DNA of 64,000 nucleotides, from NCBI GenBank assembly GCA_965204535.1, contig CBDBEV010000001.1, positions 1,408,001-1,472,000 on the forward strand. Reading direction: 5' to 3'. Positions within the stretch are counted from its first letter, which is position 1. Each line of letters starts with the position of its first letter. The notes under the pieces were generated by a model. The model was not told the DNA's origin. It did no database searches and saw nothing but the letters and a program-made list of their open reading frames with translations. A program made the position numbers and the translations under genes. Below, in pieces: positions 9,802 to 19,290 of this stretch. The stretch comes from a bacterium. Lineage in GTDB: Bacteria; UBA8248.

Positions 9802-11322
9802 TTACGAAAGGGGAACGGCCTGACCGGCCTTCACCCAGATTTTGTCCCAAAGATACGCGCCCGCCATGGCCATGACCCCGGCCAGCACCGCGCCGAAACC
9901 GCCGAAGCCGCCCGCCCAGAGAAGAAGCAGGGGCAGAACGCACCCCACGATGATGGCCCCACCCCAGAAATCGTTCTTGAACGGGCCCTTCGTCAGCAGG
10001 TGGATCGCCCGCTCATGCGCGACGGAACCGAAGCGGTGCACGAGAATCGAGAACACCAGAATGCTCAGGTGCAATAAGATCAGAACGGCGAGCAGCCCGC
10101 CCAGGACGCTCAGAGCGGACGCCTGATTCGCGATCGGGAACAGCGTGGCGAACAGAAGCAGGATGGCCGCGCCCTTGATGCCCGATTGCACGCCGATGTC
10201 AAGGGTGTTCTCGCTTCCTTTCCACAAATCGCGCGCCGATGCCTGGGCGAAGAAAAAGCCCGTGTATATCGAGGACAGCACGCCCATCAGAATGGTGGGC
10301 CACAGGATGAGGTTCATGAAGCCTTCCGCGCCGAAGAGCGCGCCCAGCACCCAGAGCAGGGTGAGAACGCCGTCCAGCGCGATGAACCACGTGCCCCACG
10401 CCATCCAGCTTCCCCAGTTCGAGCGCAGCATGATGTAGTAGAACCGTTCGGGCCGCTTGAGGTCGGTGATGAGCACGAACCCCGTGGCGGCGAGGAGGAT
10501 TCCGCTCAGCGCGGGCATCCAGAAGGAGAACAGCGAGCTTTTGAAGCCGAACATCCACAGAAACAGGCTGATGACCAGAAGGCCCGTGCTCGCGCCTTTG
10601 GTCAGCAGGTAGGTGATGATCTTCGTCTCCCAGGGAACCTCGTGGAAGGTGTCGTAGACGGTGCGGCTCTCGCCGGGCTTGTTCTCCCACTCGGGCACGA
10701 CGTCTTCTCGCTCCATGTCCATCTCGCCCTGCTTGTAGATGCCCGACTGGCCCGCCTCGGTGGGGTCCAGGAGCTGGCGGCTGCCCTCGAGATAGTAGAT
10801 GTTGGGCGCCGTGTTGTACTCGGGCTTTCTCACGTGGTAGGGGCGCTGCGTGGTGAGTTTCGATATCTTCGAATCCGCGTCCTCCACGTCGCCGAACACG
10901 CGGCACTGCGTGGGGCAGACCACCACGCAGGCGGGTTCGAGATTCGCTTCGAGGCGGTTCGCGCAGAAGTTGCATTTCTCCGCCGTCATCGTGTTGGGAT
11001 CGATGAAGAGCTGATCGTAGGGACAGGCCGCGATGCAGGACTTGCACCCGATGCACCAGTCCGGGTCGAGGTCCACGATGCCGTCCTTGCGCCGGAAGAG
11101 CGCCTTCGTCGGGCAGATGTTCTGGCAGGGCGCGTCGTCGCACTGGTTGCACAGGACGGGCAGAAATTCCCGCCTCGTGCTCGGGAAGGTGCCTTTTTCG
11201 ACTTCCTTCACCCAGCATCGCCAGACGCCGATGGGAATGTCGTGTTCGGATTTACAGGCGATCGTGCAGGCGTGGCATCCGATGCAGGATTCAAGGTCGA
11301 TCGCCATTGCGTACTTGGGCAT
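9802..11322 (-). CDS. Fused 4Fe-4S ferredoxin (NrfC/DmsB-like) and NrfD/PsrC membrane anchor
   Basis: CIGCHACTIAC, CNQCDDAPC, CIGCKSCIAACP, KCNFC..PAC motifs, then DLKRPERF and about 8 TM helices. Confidence 0.92.
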   Translation of the reverse strand: MPKYAMAIDLESCIGCHACTIACKSEHDIPIGVWRCWVKEVEKGTFPSTRREFLPVLCNQCDDAPCQNICPTKALFRRKDGIVDLDPDWCIGCKSCIAACPYDQLFIDPNTMTAEKCNFCANRLEANLEPACVVVCPTQCRVFGDVEDADSKISKLTTQRPYHVRKPEYNTAPNIYYLEGSRQLLDPTEAGQSGIYKQGEMDMEREDVVPEWENKPGESRTVYDTFHEVPWETKIITYLLTKGASTGLLVISLFLWMFGFKSSLFSFWMPALSGILLAATGFVLITDLKRPERFYYIMLRSNWGSWMAWGTWFIALDGVLTLLWVLGALFGAEGFMNLILWPTILMGVLSSIYTGFFFAQASARDLWKGSENTLDIGVQSGIKGAAILLLFATLFPIANQASALSVLGGLLAVLILLHLSILVFSILVHRFGSVAHERAIHLLTKGPFKNDFWGGAIIVGCVLPLLLLWAGGFGGFGAVLAGVMAMAGAYLWDKIWVKAGQAVPLS

Positions 11323-11470
11323 GAAGATTCCTCACTTGAGATGATGCGCGTTTCTCATATCTTGGTTTTGGTAGTCCAAAGCTAGAACTTTGCGGCGGGC
11401 GTGTCAATTGAGGCAGAGTGATCGGGATTTTTCGCATTTTCGCGCGCTTGGCCGCCGGGGAGGAGACGGG

Positions 11471-12049
11471 GTGACCGGGGAGGGATCGATCAACCACAAG
11501 CTCGCGTATCTGGCGAGGGGCCTCACGCTCGCACGGATTCTTGCAATCCCCCTGTTCGTCTGGGCATTGCTGCGCATCGATTCCGCTCCCGACCTCAAGT
11601 GGCGGATTCTGCTCATCGCTGCTTACGTCTACGCGATCCTGAGCGACCTGATCGACGGCCCGCTGGCGAGACGCGCGGGTGCGAAGAGTTATTTCTGGGG
11701 GCAGGTGGACGCCTTCTCGGACGTGGCCTTCAACGCGGCGGCGCTCGCAGCCGCCGCCTGGGCGGGGCGTATCGGCCCCTGGGCTGCTCTGGGCGTCCTG
11801 GCGCTGGGCGCTCAGTTCCTGTGGCGGTGTCGGGGCGGGGCCGGAATCGAGGACGATTCCCTGCCCGAGGATGCGGCGGGGAAATGGGCGGGGGTGTTTT
11901 TCTATGCCTTGGTGGGCGTCGTCGTCTGCGAGGCGGGTTTATCGTGGAAATGGCTTGCGCCCATATTGCCCTGGCTCGGCCGTCTGGTATTTCTCTACGC
12001 CCTGTACCTGCTCATCCGCAACGCGCGCTCGCCTCAAAGAAGTCTTTAA
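11471..12049 (+). CDS. CDP-alcohol phosphatidyltransferase family protein
   Basis: LTLARI, DLIDGPLARR..G..DAFSD motif; SD AGGAG before GTG at 11471. Confidence 0.85.
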   Translation: MTGEGSINHKLAYLARGLTLARILAIPLFVWALLRIDSAPDLKWRILLIAAYVYAILSDLIDGPLARRAGAKSYFWGQVDAFSDVAFNAAALAAAAWAGRIGPWAALGVLALGAQFLWRCRGGAGIEDDSLPEDAAGKWAGVFFYALVGVVVCEAGLSWKWLAPILPWLGRLVFLYALYLLIRNARSPQRSL

Positions 12050-12050
12050 G

Positions 12051-12368
12051 GGGGCTGTTGAAAAAGCCCGTACAGGGTCCTGCAAGTAGAGGGTTTGTAG
12101 GGACAGGCCCCCGTGCCTGTCCCTGCGAAGCGCAACCACGGAGATGGATATATCCGATACGGGCGGCCACGGGGGGCCGCCCCTACGGGTGAATGCGGTT
12201 TTTGATCGTCATTCCGGCGCATGTTGGTTGACGCCGGCATATGCCAGAACGGCGATCTAAATCGCACCTCTCGCAATGATGAAGAATCAAACGTAGGGAC
12301 AGGTCGCGACCTGTCCCTACACCCCCCTCGCGTCGAACCCTCACTCCTCGGACTTTTCCAACAAACCC
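12051..12368 (+). mobile_element. IS1182-derived MITE carrying GTAG-type REP doublets
   Basis: GGGGCTGTTGAAAAAGCCC left end, degenerate right end TTTTCCAACAAACCC; colinear with 47831-48126; internal GTAGGGACAGGCCCCCGTGCCTGTCC, GGGCGGCCACGGGGGGCCGCCCCTAC, GTAGGGACAGGTCGCGACCTGTCCCTAC. Confidence 0.82.
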
Positions 12369-12370
12369 CC

Positions 12371-13312
12371 TCAGGCGGCGCGCCTCTTTCCGAACAGGTC
12401 CGAATACGCCTTCGGCATGAACAGCAAGCCGATCGTCCCGTTCGCCAGCATGAAGGTGAGGTGGGAGACGAGGCTGTAGGCGAGCAAGTCCGCTTCCGTC
12501 GCGTAGTCCTTGAAGAAGAATATCCACGCCGCCTGGGAGGTTCCCAGATGCGCGACCGTCACCGGAAGCGCGCCGATCATGAAAACGAGCGGCAGGAATG
12601 TCAGAAGCTGCAGCAGCGGTATGTCCATCCCGAAGAGCGTCAGGGCGTATTTGTGCACGAACAGGGAGAGCAGGAAGACGGAGCCCTTGAGCGCCAGGAC
12701 GGTGATGCCCTGACTGAACCGGACGGCCCGGAAGGTGTTGAGCAGGGTGTGGCCGCCGATTTTTGCGCCGCCGGCGCCCAGTCCCCCCCGCGCCACCTGG
12801 GTGATCAGCAGCCAGAAACAGGCCAGCCCGGCGGGCAGGGCGAACAGAAAGAGCGGTGCTCCGCCCGGAAAGGCGATGAGGCCGACCGTGGCGAAGGAGA
12901 TCAGGTTCGTGACTTCGAGCAGGATGAGCATGGCGACCGTGCTCGTGATCTCGGCGAGCGGGGTCTGGAACCTGCGGTGAAAGTAAAGCGCGAGCGCCAC
13001 CTGGGCGAGTTGGGTGTTGATGATGGAGACGACGTAGGTGACGGCGCGCACGGGCAGCAGGGTCGGGAACGTCAGGGGGCCGTGGAACCAGCGGATCATC
13101 CGGCTCAGGACGAAGGTGTCCATCAGGAAGAAACAGATCGAAAAGCACCCCATCACTATGAGGAAGGGCGCGAGCCTCGCCTTCGATATGGCCAGGACGA
13201 ACTCGCCGAACGGGATCCGCCAGAAGATGATGACGAAGATCACGACCGTGAGAGCGATGGGAATGACTCGTCCGGCTTTGCTCGATTGATGCGTATCCTG
13301 GTTTTGCTCCAA
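12371..13312 (-). CDS. Lysylphosphatidylglycerol-synthase TM / flippase-like membrane protein
   Basis: About 8 TM helices; LPVTVAHLGTSQAAW resembles the LPxxxxGxGxxE motif of UPF0104. Confidence 0.75.
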   Translation of the reverse strand: MEQNQDTHQSSKAGRVIPIALTVVIFVIIFWRIPFGEFVLAISKARLAPFLIVMGCFSICFFLMDTFVLSRMIRWFHGPLTFPTLLPVRAVTYVVSIINTQLAQVALALYFHRRFQTPLAEITSTVAMLILLEVTNLISFATVGLIAFPGGAPLFLFALPAGLACFWLLITQVARGGLGAGGAKIGGHTLLNTFRAVRFSQGITVLALKGSVFLLSLFVHKYALTLFGMDIPLLQLLTFLPLVFMIGALPVTVAHLGTSQAAWIFFFKDYATEADLLAYSLVSHLTFMLANGTIGLLFMPKAYSDLFGKRRAA

Positions 13313-13336
13313 AACGAAACTCCTTGAAGGCGCAGG

Positions 13337-14323
13337 CTATCCCTGGTGCGGCAGCGAGAGGTTTAATGTTTCATCTATGCCGGTGCGGGCGATGGGCGCG
13401 GCGCTCTGGGTTTCCTCGTCGTTGCACAGATGCTCGTAAAAAATAATATCGAAAACGGTGCGGCTCATGGGGGAGGAGGGGGAGAGGCGGCTGATGATGC
13501 TCGAAGCGGCCCGGCCCAGTCCCCTCGGAACCGTCAGGACTCTCGGCTGTTTCCCGATCCTCCGTCCGGCGCGGATGAGCAGTTCGCGGTAGAAGAGAGT
13601 CTCCGGCCCCACGAGGTTCATTCGCGCAAGCGGCGCTTCGGGATGAAGAATCGCCCACTCGATCGCGCTTATCACGTCGCCCAGGTATATCGGCTGTATC
13701 CGCACCGCGCCTCCCGCCACGAGGGGGACGACCGAGGAGCTAAGCAGCCGTTTTATCTGGTGCATCGCCGGGGTGTCGGCCCCCAGGATCATGGGCACGC
13801 GTAAGATCGCGCCCGAGGCGAAATTCTCCCCGATCACATCCTCGGCCTGGCCTTTCGTCCGTAAATACTCGTTATTCGACCCGGAATCCGCGCCCGGAAA
13901 ACTTAAATATACGAAGGACTTCACGCCTTGCGCCCGGCTCGCCTCGGCGACGTTTTTCGTGGTGAGCAGGTTCGCCCCGAGCAGGGAATCGCCCGCTCTC
14001 GGAACCAGCGAACCCGCCAGGTGGGCCACGCAGTCGGCGCCTTCCAGGGCTGGCTCAAGGCTTTCTGCGTCGTCGTAGTCCACCTGTATCAGTTCGGCGG
14101 GGAGATCGCGCAGGTTCGTACTCCGGCCCAAGTCCCGGACGAGCGCGCGCAGGCGAACCGGCCCGATAGCCGGATTCCCGCCCAGGCGTTCGATGAGCGC
14201 TTTGCCGACGGCGCCGTTCGCGCCCGTGATGGCGATGTCGATGGATTTTCTCCCGTGAACCGATAAGGCGTCCGTGCGCAGCGGGTTTTGAGCGTCCGCC
14301 GCGATCCGAAAAGCGGGGTTCAC
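13337..14323 (-). CDS. NAD(P)-dependent epimerase/dehydratase (NDUFA9-like SDR)
   Basis: ITGANGAVG Rossmann motif, YLRTKGQAE, IQPIYLGDV; start uncertain. Confidence 0.85.
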   Translation of the reverse strand: MNPAFRIAADAQNPLRTDALSVHGRKSIDIAITGANGAVGKALIERLGGNPAIGPVRLRALVRDLGRSTNLRDLPAELIQVDYDDAESLEPALEGADCVAHLAGSLVPRAGDSLLGANLLTTKNVAEASRAQGVKSFVYLSFPGADSGSNNEYLRTKGQAEDVIGENFASGAILRVPMILGADTPAMHQIKRLLSSSVVPLVAGGAVRIQPIYLGDVISAIEWAILHPEAPLARMNLVGPETLFYRELLIRAGRRIGKQPRVLTVPRGLGRAASSIISRLSPSSPMSRTVFDIIFYEHLCNDEETQSAAPIARTGIDETLNLSLPHQG

Positions 14324-14367
14324 CCTTCTAGGCGGGTAGGTTTGTTCCCTGCTTAGGGCGGCCCCGC

Positions 14368-14395
14368 AAAAAACGGCCGGGCATCAAGCCCGGCC
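14368..14395 (-). terminator. Rho-independent terminator downstream of 14487-14993
   Basis: Minus strand GGCCGGGC-ttgat-GCCCGGCC followed by GTTTTTT. Confidence 0.7.
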
Positions 14396-14486
14396 TCGCT
14401 CTCTGGAGACGCTGTTCTCGTTGGACGGCTCGTTTGCAATGAGCGCCGTTCGTATGTCACGACTCGCGATTTCTTGACGCAGTTTT

Positions 14487-14993
14487 TCAATGGCATCCGA
14501 AAGTCGCAGGCATGTATACTACTTTCGCAATGCTCCCATTCTCAACGAGATAGTCCATGACAATCCCTCTCGTCGGGTATTGTTTCGACCGGACGCATTC
14601 TCCCTTCGCCTCCACTTTCGGGCGGTGCGCCTTGTCGATGTCGTAACGCGCATCCTTTCGGATATAGGTCCCGAGAAACCAACCTGCCACCGTTCTCCTG
14701 ATCGCCCTCTTGTTGAGGAATCGGAACACGTCATTTCCGACATCACTCATGCAACCCGGGTCACGAAACTCGATTGTTCTCACATCCTGATGAGTCGTAT
14801 GCCTCATGTTCGACGGCATAAAGTACAGGTTGGTTTCCTGATAAGACTGCGAGTACCAGCACTTCTTTCCTTTTCCATTCTGAATGAAACCCTCTTTGTT
14901 GAAGCGATGGCTGTATCTGTCCGCGCCTATAGCCACCTGCGCGAACGATACGAACGCAAGCACCAAACCCATAACCAAAACCATCTTTTTCAT
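14487..14993 (-). CDS. Hypothetical secreted protein (visibly lower GC)
   Basis: Signal peptide MKKMVLVMGLVLAFVSFAQVAIGA; SD GAGGAG; four Cys in mature part. Confidence 0.75.
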   Translation of the reverse strand: MKKMVLVMGLVLAFVSFAQVAIGADRYSHRFNKEGFIQNGKGKKCWYSQSYQETNLYFMPSNMRHTTHQDVRTIEFRDPGCMSDVGNDVFRFLNKRAIRRTVAGWFLGTYIRKDARYDIDKAHRPKVEAKGECVRSKQYPTRGIVMDYLVENGSIAKVVYMPATFGCH

Positions 14994-15108
14994 CTTACTC
15001 CTCTTCTAGCAAAAACACAGGTTATTCACGTTTTTCGATCTGCCGACACCTAGGTTCGCACCTTCTCACAGTTCAACAGTATAGGCTCTCTCTGTTGTGG
15101 TCTCCGGC

Positions 15109-16341
15109 CTACACTGTGAGCAGTTCGTGGGTCGGCGCGGTCATCTTCTCGATGGGCAGCCCGTGCGTGCAGGACCCGGCGCAGCTCTGGTGGCTGCAGG
15201 TGAGGCACGCCGATGCGCCCGCGCCCAGCATGGAGTACTCGGCCTTGGCGAATCGCACATCCTCGTAATCCGTCGCATACATGCGGGTGCGGAGCACGTC
15301 CGCGATGGGCACGTTCTCAGGACACGCGCCCGCGCAGTCGTTGCACGCATGGCGGCAGTAGGAGGTTCCGTTCAGCCGCGCGTATTTCTTCAGGATCGGC
15401 ACCTCGCGGCGCGATATCTTCTTCCAGCCCGAAGCGCCCACGAACTCGGTGATGTTGTCCTTGCTCGTCATCGAGATGATGAGCGAGTCCACGTTCGGGT
15501 TCGAGAGCACCCAGCGGAAGGCGGCCTGGGAGAACGTGGCGCCTCCTTTTTCATAAGGCCGCATGTCGTTCAGGCGCGCGCCCATGAGCGTCTTCATGGC
15601 GATGACGCCGATGCCCTTGGCCTTCGCCCGCGCGAGCGCCAGCGGCAGTTTCGGGAACCTGGCGATGAAGTCGAACCCGCGCGTGAAGCGCTGGTAAAAC
15701 GCCGGGTCCTGCCCGAAGTTGTAGGCGATGAGATACACGTCCACGACGCTGTTCTCGGTGCAGTAATCGAGGCACTGGATCAGGTTGCCCGCATGGCCCG
15801 ACATGCCCGAATAGCGGATTTTCCCCTGTTTTTTCGCGAGCGCGACGAACTCGCTCCACTCGGGGTTGCTCATCCTGTCCACGTCGTTCACCGCGTGGTT
15901 GAAATAGACGTCCACGTAATCGGTCTGGAGTTTCTGGAGGCTCTGCTCTAAAGAGCGCATCATCGACTCTTTCTTGTCGCTCGGTCCGGCATGCGTCTTG
16001 GAGGCGATGTAGACCTTGTCGCGCTTGCCCTTGAGCGCGCGGCCGATGGTGGTCTCCGATTCCCCCCAGGAGTAGCTCTCGGCGGTGTCGAAATAGTTGA
16101 TGCCCAGGTCGAGGGCGTGGCGTACGAGGTCCTCCTCATCGGAGCCGAGCCGGCTGCTGCCGAAGGAGATGTCCGACATCTTGATGTCCGTCGTGCCCAG
16201 CGTGACGTAGCGGCGCACCCGGTTCTGCGCGGCGTCAGAGTCCACGGCGCGCGCGAAGGGCAGGAGTCCCGCGCCCAGACCGGCGAAGGCGCCTTTGCGG
16301 ATAAAATCGCGTCTCGGAATGTAGTCGGTATGATGGGGCAT
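15109..16341 (-). CDS. Aldo/keto reductase with Tat-like leader and C-terminal Fe-S cysteines
   Basis: RRDFI leader, GINYFDTAESY, SLQKLQTDYVD, YCRHACNDCAGACP and CLTC motifs. Confidence 0.9.
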   Translation of the reverse strand: MPHHTDYIPRRDFIRKGAFAGLGAGLLPFARAVDSDAAQNRVRRYVTLGTTDIKMSDISFGSSRLGSDEEDLVRHALDLGINYFDTAESYSWGESETTIGRALKGKRDKVYIASKTHAGPSDKKESMMRSLEQSLQKLQTDYVDVYFNHAVNDVDRMSNPEWSEFVALAKKQGKIRYSGMSGHAGNLIQCLDYCTENSVVDVYLIAYNFGQDPAFYQRFTRGFDFIARFPKLPLALARAKAKGIGVIAMKTLMGARLNDMRPYEKGGATFSQAAFRWVLSNPNVDSLIISMTSKDNITEFVGASGWKKISRREVPILKKYARLNGTSYCRHACNDCAGACPENVPIADVLRTRMYATDYEDVRFAKAEYSMLGAGASACLTCSHQSCAGSCTHGLPIEKMTAPTHELLTV

Positions 16342-16460
16342 CGGCGTTCTCCAGGATAGAGAAAGGTGGCGACTCCCTATCTCACCTTATTTTCCCGTCT
16401 TGGTCAATTCGCGATTTTTGTCAGTCTATTTCGGATCATCCACCCCATCAGAGGCTTGAA

Positions 16461-16945
16461 GTTCACTCTCCCCTTGAGGATTGTTGCCGACCGACGAGAA
16501 AGAGATTCACTCCCCCTGAAGCGGCCGCTGAAAAAGCCTGTTTTCGTGATTCGGTGCTTGGAGCCATCCTACGAGAGAGCAAATTCACTCCCCCCTTGAG
16601 GGGGAGTCGAAGAGCTGAGGGCTTAAGCCCGACAGCGATTCGGTGGGGGGGACAATACGGACTGGCGATAAAACGCATTTTACCCCCCACCGATTCAGCC
16701 TTCGCACAAACCGCTCGGCTTCATCGACTCCCCCTCAAGGGGGGAGTGAACTTCAACCTTCGAGATTGTTCGGCGTAGGGACAGGCCCCTGTACCTGACC
16801 TTGCGAGGGACAACCACGGGGGGCAGGACAACCCAAAAGGGTTGTCCCTACGGTTTTGGATTCCCCAAAGGCCTGTATTGCAGATTGCCGGAATGACGGC
16901 AATACGGATCTCGATTGTAGGGGCGGTTCGCGAACCGCCCCTACA
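16461..16945. repeat. REP mosaic including intact family-A element (16584-16750) and GTAG REPs
   Basis: TTCACTCCCCCTTGAGGGGGAGTCGA...TCGACTCCCCCTCAAGGGGGGAGTGAA arms; GTAGGGACAGGCCCC.. and GTAGGGGCGGTTCGCGAACCGCCCCTAC; degenerate MITE end near 16523. Confidence 0.85.
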
Positions 16946-17047
16946 GGTTCACTTCGATACGCGGAGAGGTGTAGCCGGACAGGCACAGTGGCCTGTCCGG
17001 GGACCCATATGTCCGCCCAATAGGCTACGAAACCTGCACCACTTAAA

Positions 17048-18280
17048 TCACGCATCGATGACGCGGAAGCTCCTGTCCTGCGGAATGAGCATCTCCCAGC
17101 CGTTTTCCTTAACGACGACCGAGTATTCGATCTGGTAGCCGCCCAGGCCGAACGTGCCGATGGGCGCCTCGATGTTGATCACCGAATCGACGGGCAGGGG
17201 AATCTCCGAGGTCGTCGGATAGAACGGCCCGTCGTGCTTCGACTCGGGTCCCAGGATGAAGGGGAACTCCCTGGCTTCGAGGCCGATGGTGTGGCCGGCG
17301 AAGGGGGCGTCGAACTCGGGAAAGCGCGACTGGATTCCCCGGACCAGCGCCTGGTATATCTGGTTGCCCGTGCAACCGGCCTTGATGACCTCCAGGCACT
17401 CGTGGAACCCCTCATCGATTCCCTTCCATTCGCGCTGCACCCGCGCGCTCGGCTCGCCGATGGAGCCGCAGCTTCCCGTGTCGGCGTTGTAGTTCTTGTG
17501 GAAAAGGCCGGCGTCGAACATGAAGCCGTCGCCTTTTTCGAGCTTTCTGTCGGTGGGCGGGAAGATGAAGACGCCCCTCGGGCCCGAGTTGAAGTGGAAC
17601 CAGTGCCACATGCCGCCGGGCCGGGCCACCTCCTGACGCCAGACCTCGGCCACCTCGCGCTCGCTCACGCCCTCATGCAGGAAGTCGAACACTTTTTCGA
17701 TGGCGTCTTCGTTCACCTGGGCCGCCTCGCGCAGGCGGTCGAGCTCGTCCGCCGTCTTGACGAGCCGCGTCATCAGGAACAGGCCCGAGCCGGGGATGAA
17801 TTCGCAGCCGGGGAGTTTTTCCTTGAGCGTCTCGAACAGGCTGTCCGGGCAGCCCTCCTCGTCCAGGGCGATTCTGCCGGAGGTGATGCCCCGGTCCTTA
17901 AGTGCTGCGAGGAGGCCGTCCAAGAGCGTCGCGTGCCTGGCCCCGCTGGCGTGAAGTTCGCGGTAGCGCCTCATCTCCTCATCATGCGGCTCGTAGCCTT
18001 CCGGCTCGATGTGGTTCGCCTGTCCGCCCCAGACGTAGACGTTCTCCGCGTGCCCGCCGTAGGCGGCGTAATAGGTGTTGTCCGCGCGGTTCATGATGAG
18101 GTCGGTGCCGGCGTCCGGGTCGTTGGTGATGACGCCGTAGCTTTTTCGCGCGCGGTAGACCCGCTGCGCCCAGCCGATGTGGCCCGTCAGATAGGTGACG
18201 TTCTCGAGCGTTGTGCCGATCATGGCCGCCACGTCGTGTTCTCTCATCAGTTCCAGCGCGCGTTCCCTGTTGTAGAGCAT
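17048..18280 (-). CDS. M24 (Xaa-Pro peptidase/creatinase-like) family protein
   Basis: Creatinase-N start ENVTYLTG, RLVKTADE, DAG..YNADTG, GHTIGLE, NIEAP, QIEYSVVV. Confidence 0.88.
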   Translation of the reverse strand: MLYNRERALELMREHDVAAMIGTTLENVTYLTGHIGWAQRVYRARKSYGVITNDPDAGTDLIMNRADNTYYAAYGGHAENVYVWGGQANHIEPEGYEPHDEEMRRYRELHASGARHATLLDGLLAALKDRGITSGRIALDEEGCPDSLFETLKEKLPGCEFIPGSGLFLMTRLVKTADELDRLREAAQVNEDAIEKVFDFLHEGVSEREVAEVWRQEVARPGGMWHWFHFNSGPRGVFIFPPTDRKLEKGDGFMFDAGLFHKNYNADTGSCGSIGEPSARVQREWKGIDEGFHECLEVIKAGCTGNQIYQALVRGIQSRFPEFDAPFAGHTIGLEAREFPFILGPESKHDGPFYPTTSEIPLPVDSVINIEAPIGTFGLGGYQIEYSVVVKENGWEMLIPQDRSFRVIDA

Positions 18281-18494
18281 GTTTTTCTCCCTGAAAAATT
18301 TCTTTCACTGCACGGAATTTTGTTGGAAAATATCTCGGGGGGAATATGTACCACAACCAAAGCGCATCAAGCGAGGCTGTGCGCCTTGACGGAAAGCGGG
18401 ACGAAGCGCAAGGTTCATTAGAAGTAAGGGTGATTGGCTATTTCTTTGGTTGTGCATCTCTTTGATTCATCATCGTCGTGAGGGGGAGTCGAGC

Positions 18495-19070
18495 GTGGAA
18501 CTGGATCGCGCGAGTGCGGAGGCGCTTTTGTTCGAGTGGACCAAAAGCCCGGGTCTCAGAGCGCACGCCCGGGCGGTGGAGGCCGCCCTGCGCGCCTATG
18601 CGAGGAAATACGGAGAAGACGAGGCGCTTTGGGGCGTCACCGGCCTGCTCCACGACATGGATTACGAAAAGCATCCCTCGCCCGAAGAACACCCCGAGAC
18701 CGGCTGTGCGGTACTGCGCGAGGCGGGTTACCCCGAGGAGATGATACAGGCCATCCTGGGGCATGCGGAGTATCTGAACGTCCCCCGCGAGACGCGCCTC
18801 GCCCAGGCGCTCTTCGCCGTGGACGAACTGGTGGGCCTCATCACCGCCGTCGCCCTGGTGAATCCGGCGAAGGACATCCGCCAGGTGAAGCCGCGAAGCA
18901 TACGGAAAAAATGGAAGGACAAGAATTTCGCCAAGGGCGTGAATCGCGCGGACGTGGAGTTGGGAGCTTCCGAGTTGGGGGTGCCTCTGGAGGAGCACGT
19001 CGCCTTCACGCTCGAAGCCATGCAGGGGGCGGCTGAGGACCTGGGACTCGACGGCTCGCGTGCGGGCTGA
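18495..19070 (+). CDS. HD/HDIG-domain hydrolase
   Basis: HARAVEA, GLLHDMDYE, ALFAVDELVG, FAKGVNR; GTG start with SD GGGGAG. Confidence 0.88.
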   Translation: MELDRASAEALLFEWTKSPGLRAHARAVEAALRAYARKYGEDEALWGVTGLLHDMDYEKHPSPEEHPETGCAVLREAGYPEEMIQAILGHAEYLNVPRETRLAQALFAVDELVGLITAVALVNPAKDIRQVKPRSIRKKWKDKNFAKGVNRADVELGASELGVPLEEHVAFTLEAMQGAAEDLGLDGSRAG

Positions 19071-19107
19071 TGTGTTTGATTTTTTTGAAAAAAAGGTTGA
19101 CTTTGCG

Positions 19108-19136
19108 TTGACGGCTTTAATGGATTTCCGCATAAT
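19108..19136 (+). promoter_or_regulatory. Sigma70-type promoter for korAB
   Basis: TTGACG - 17 bp - CATAAT with an AT-rich upstream tract. Confidence 0.6.
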
Positions 19137-19290
19137 TCGCGCTCGGCTGGTTGGTCGATAACTCGCCACTCGGACTCAAAAAAAGACATGCTCGAAAAAG
19201 ACATGCACGACATATGGTATTTCACGGTGAATAAAACCCTCCACGTGTTCTCCTACACCAGGTCTATCCAATTAAAGGACAACCAAACCA

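Noticed and set aside
6880-10077. 1065-aa plus-strand ORF and other long antisense ORFs (e.g. 42902-44707, 48959-50749, 40826-42430)
   Set aside because: Shadow frames of well-supported genes on the opposite strand in high-GC DNA
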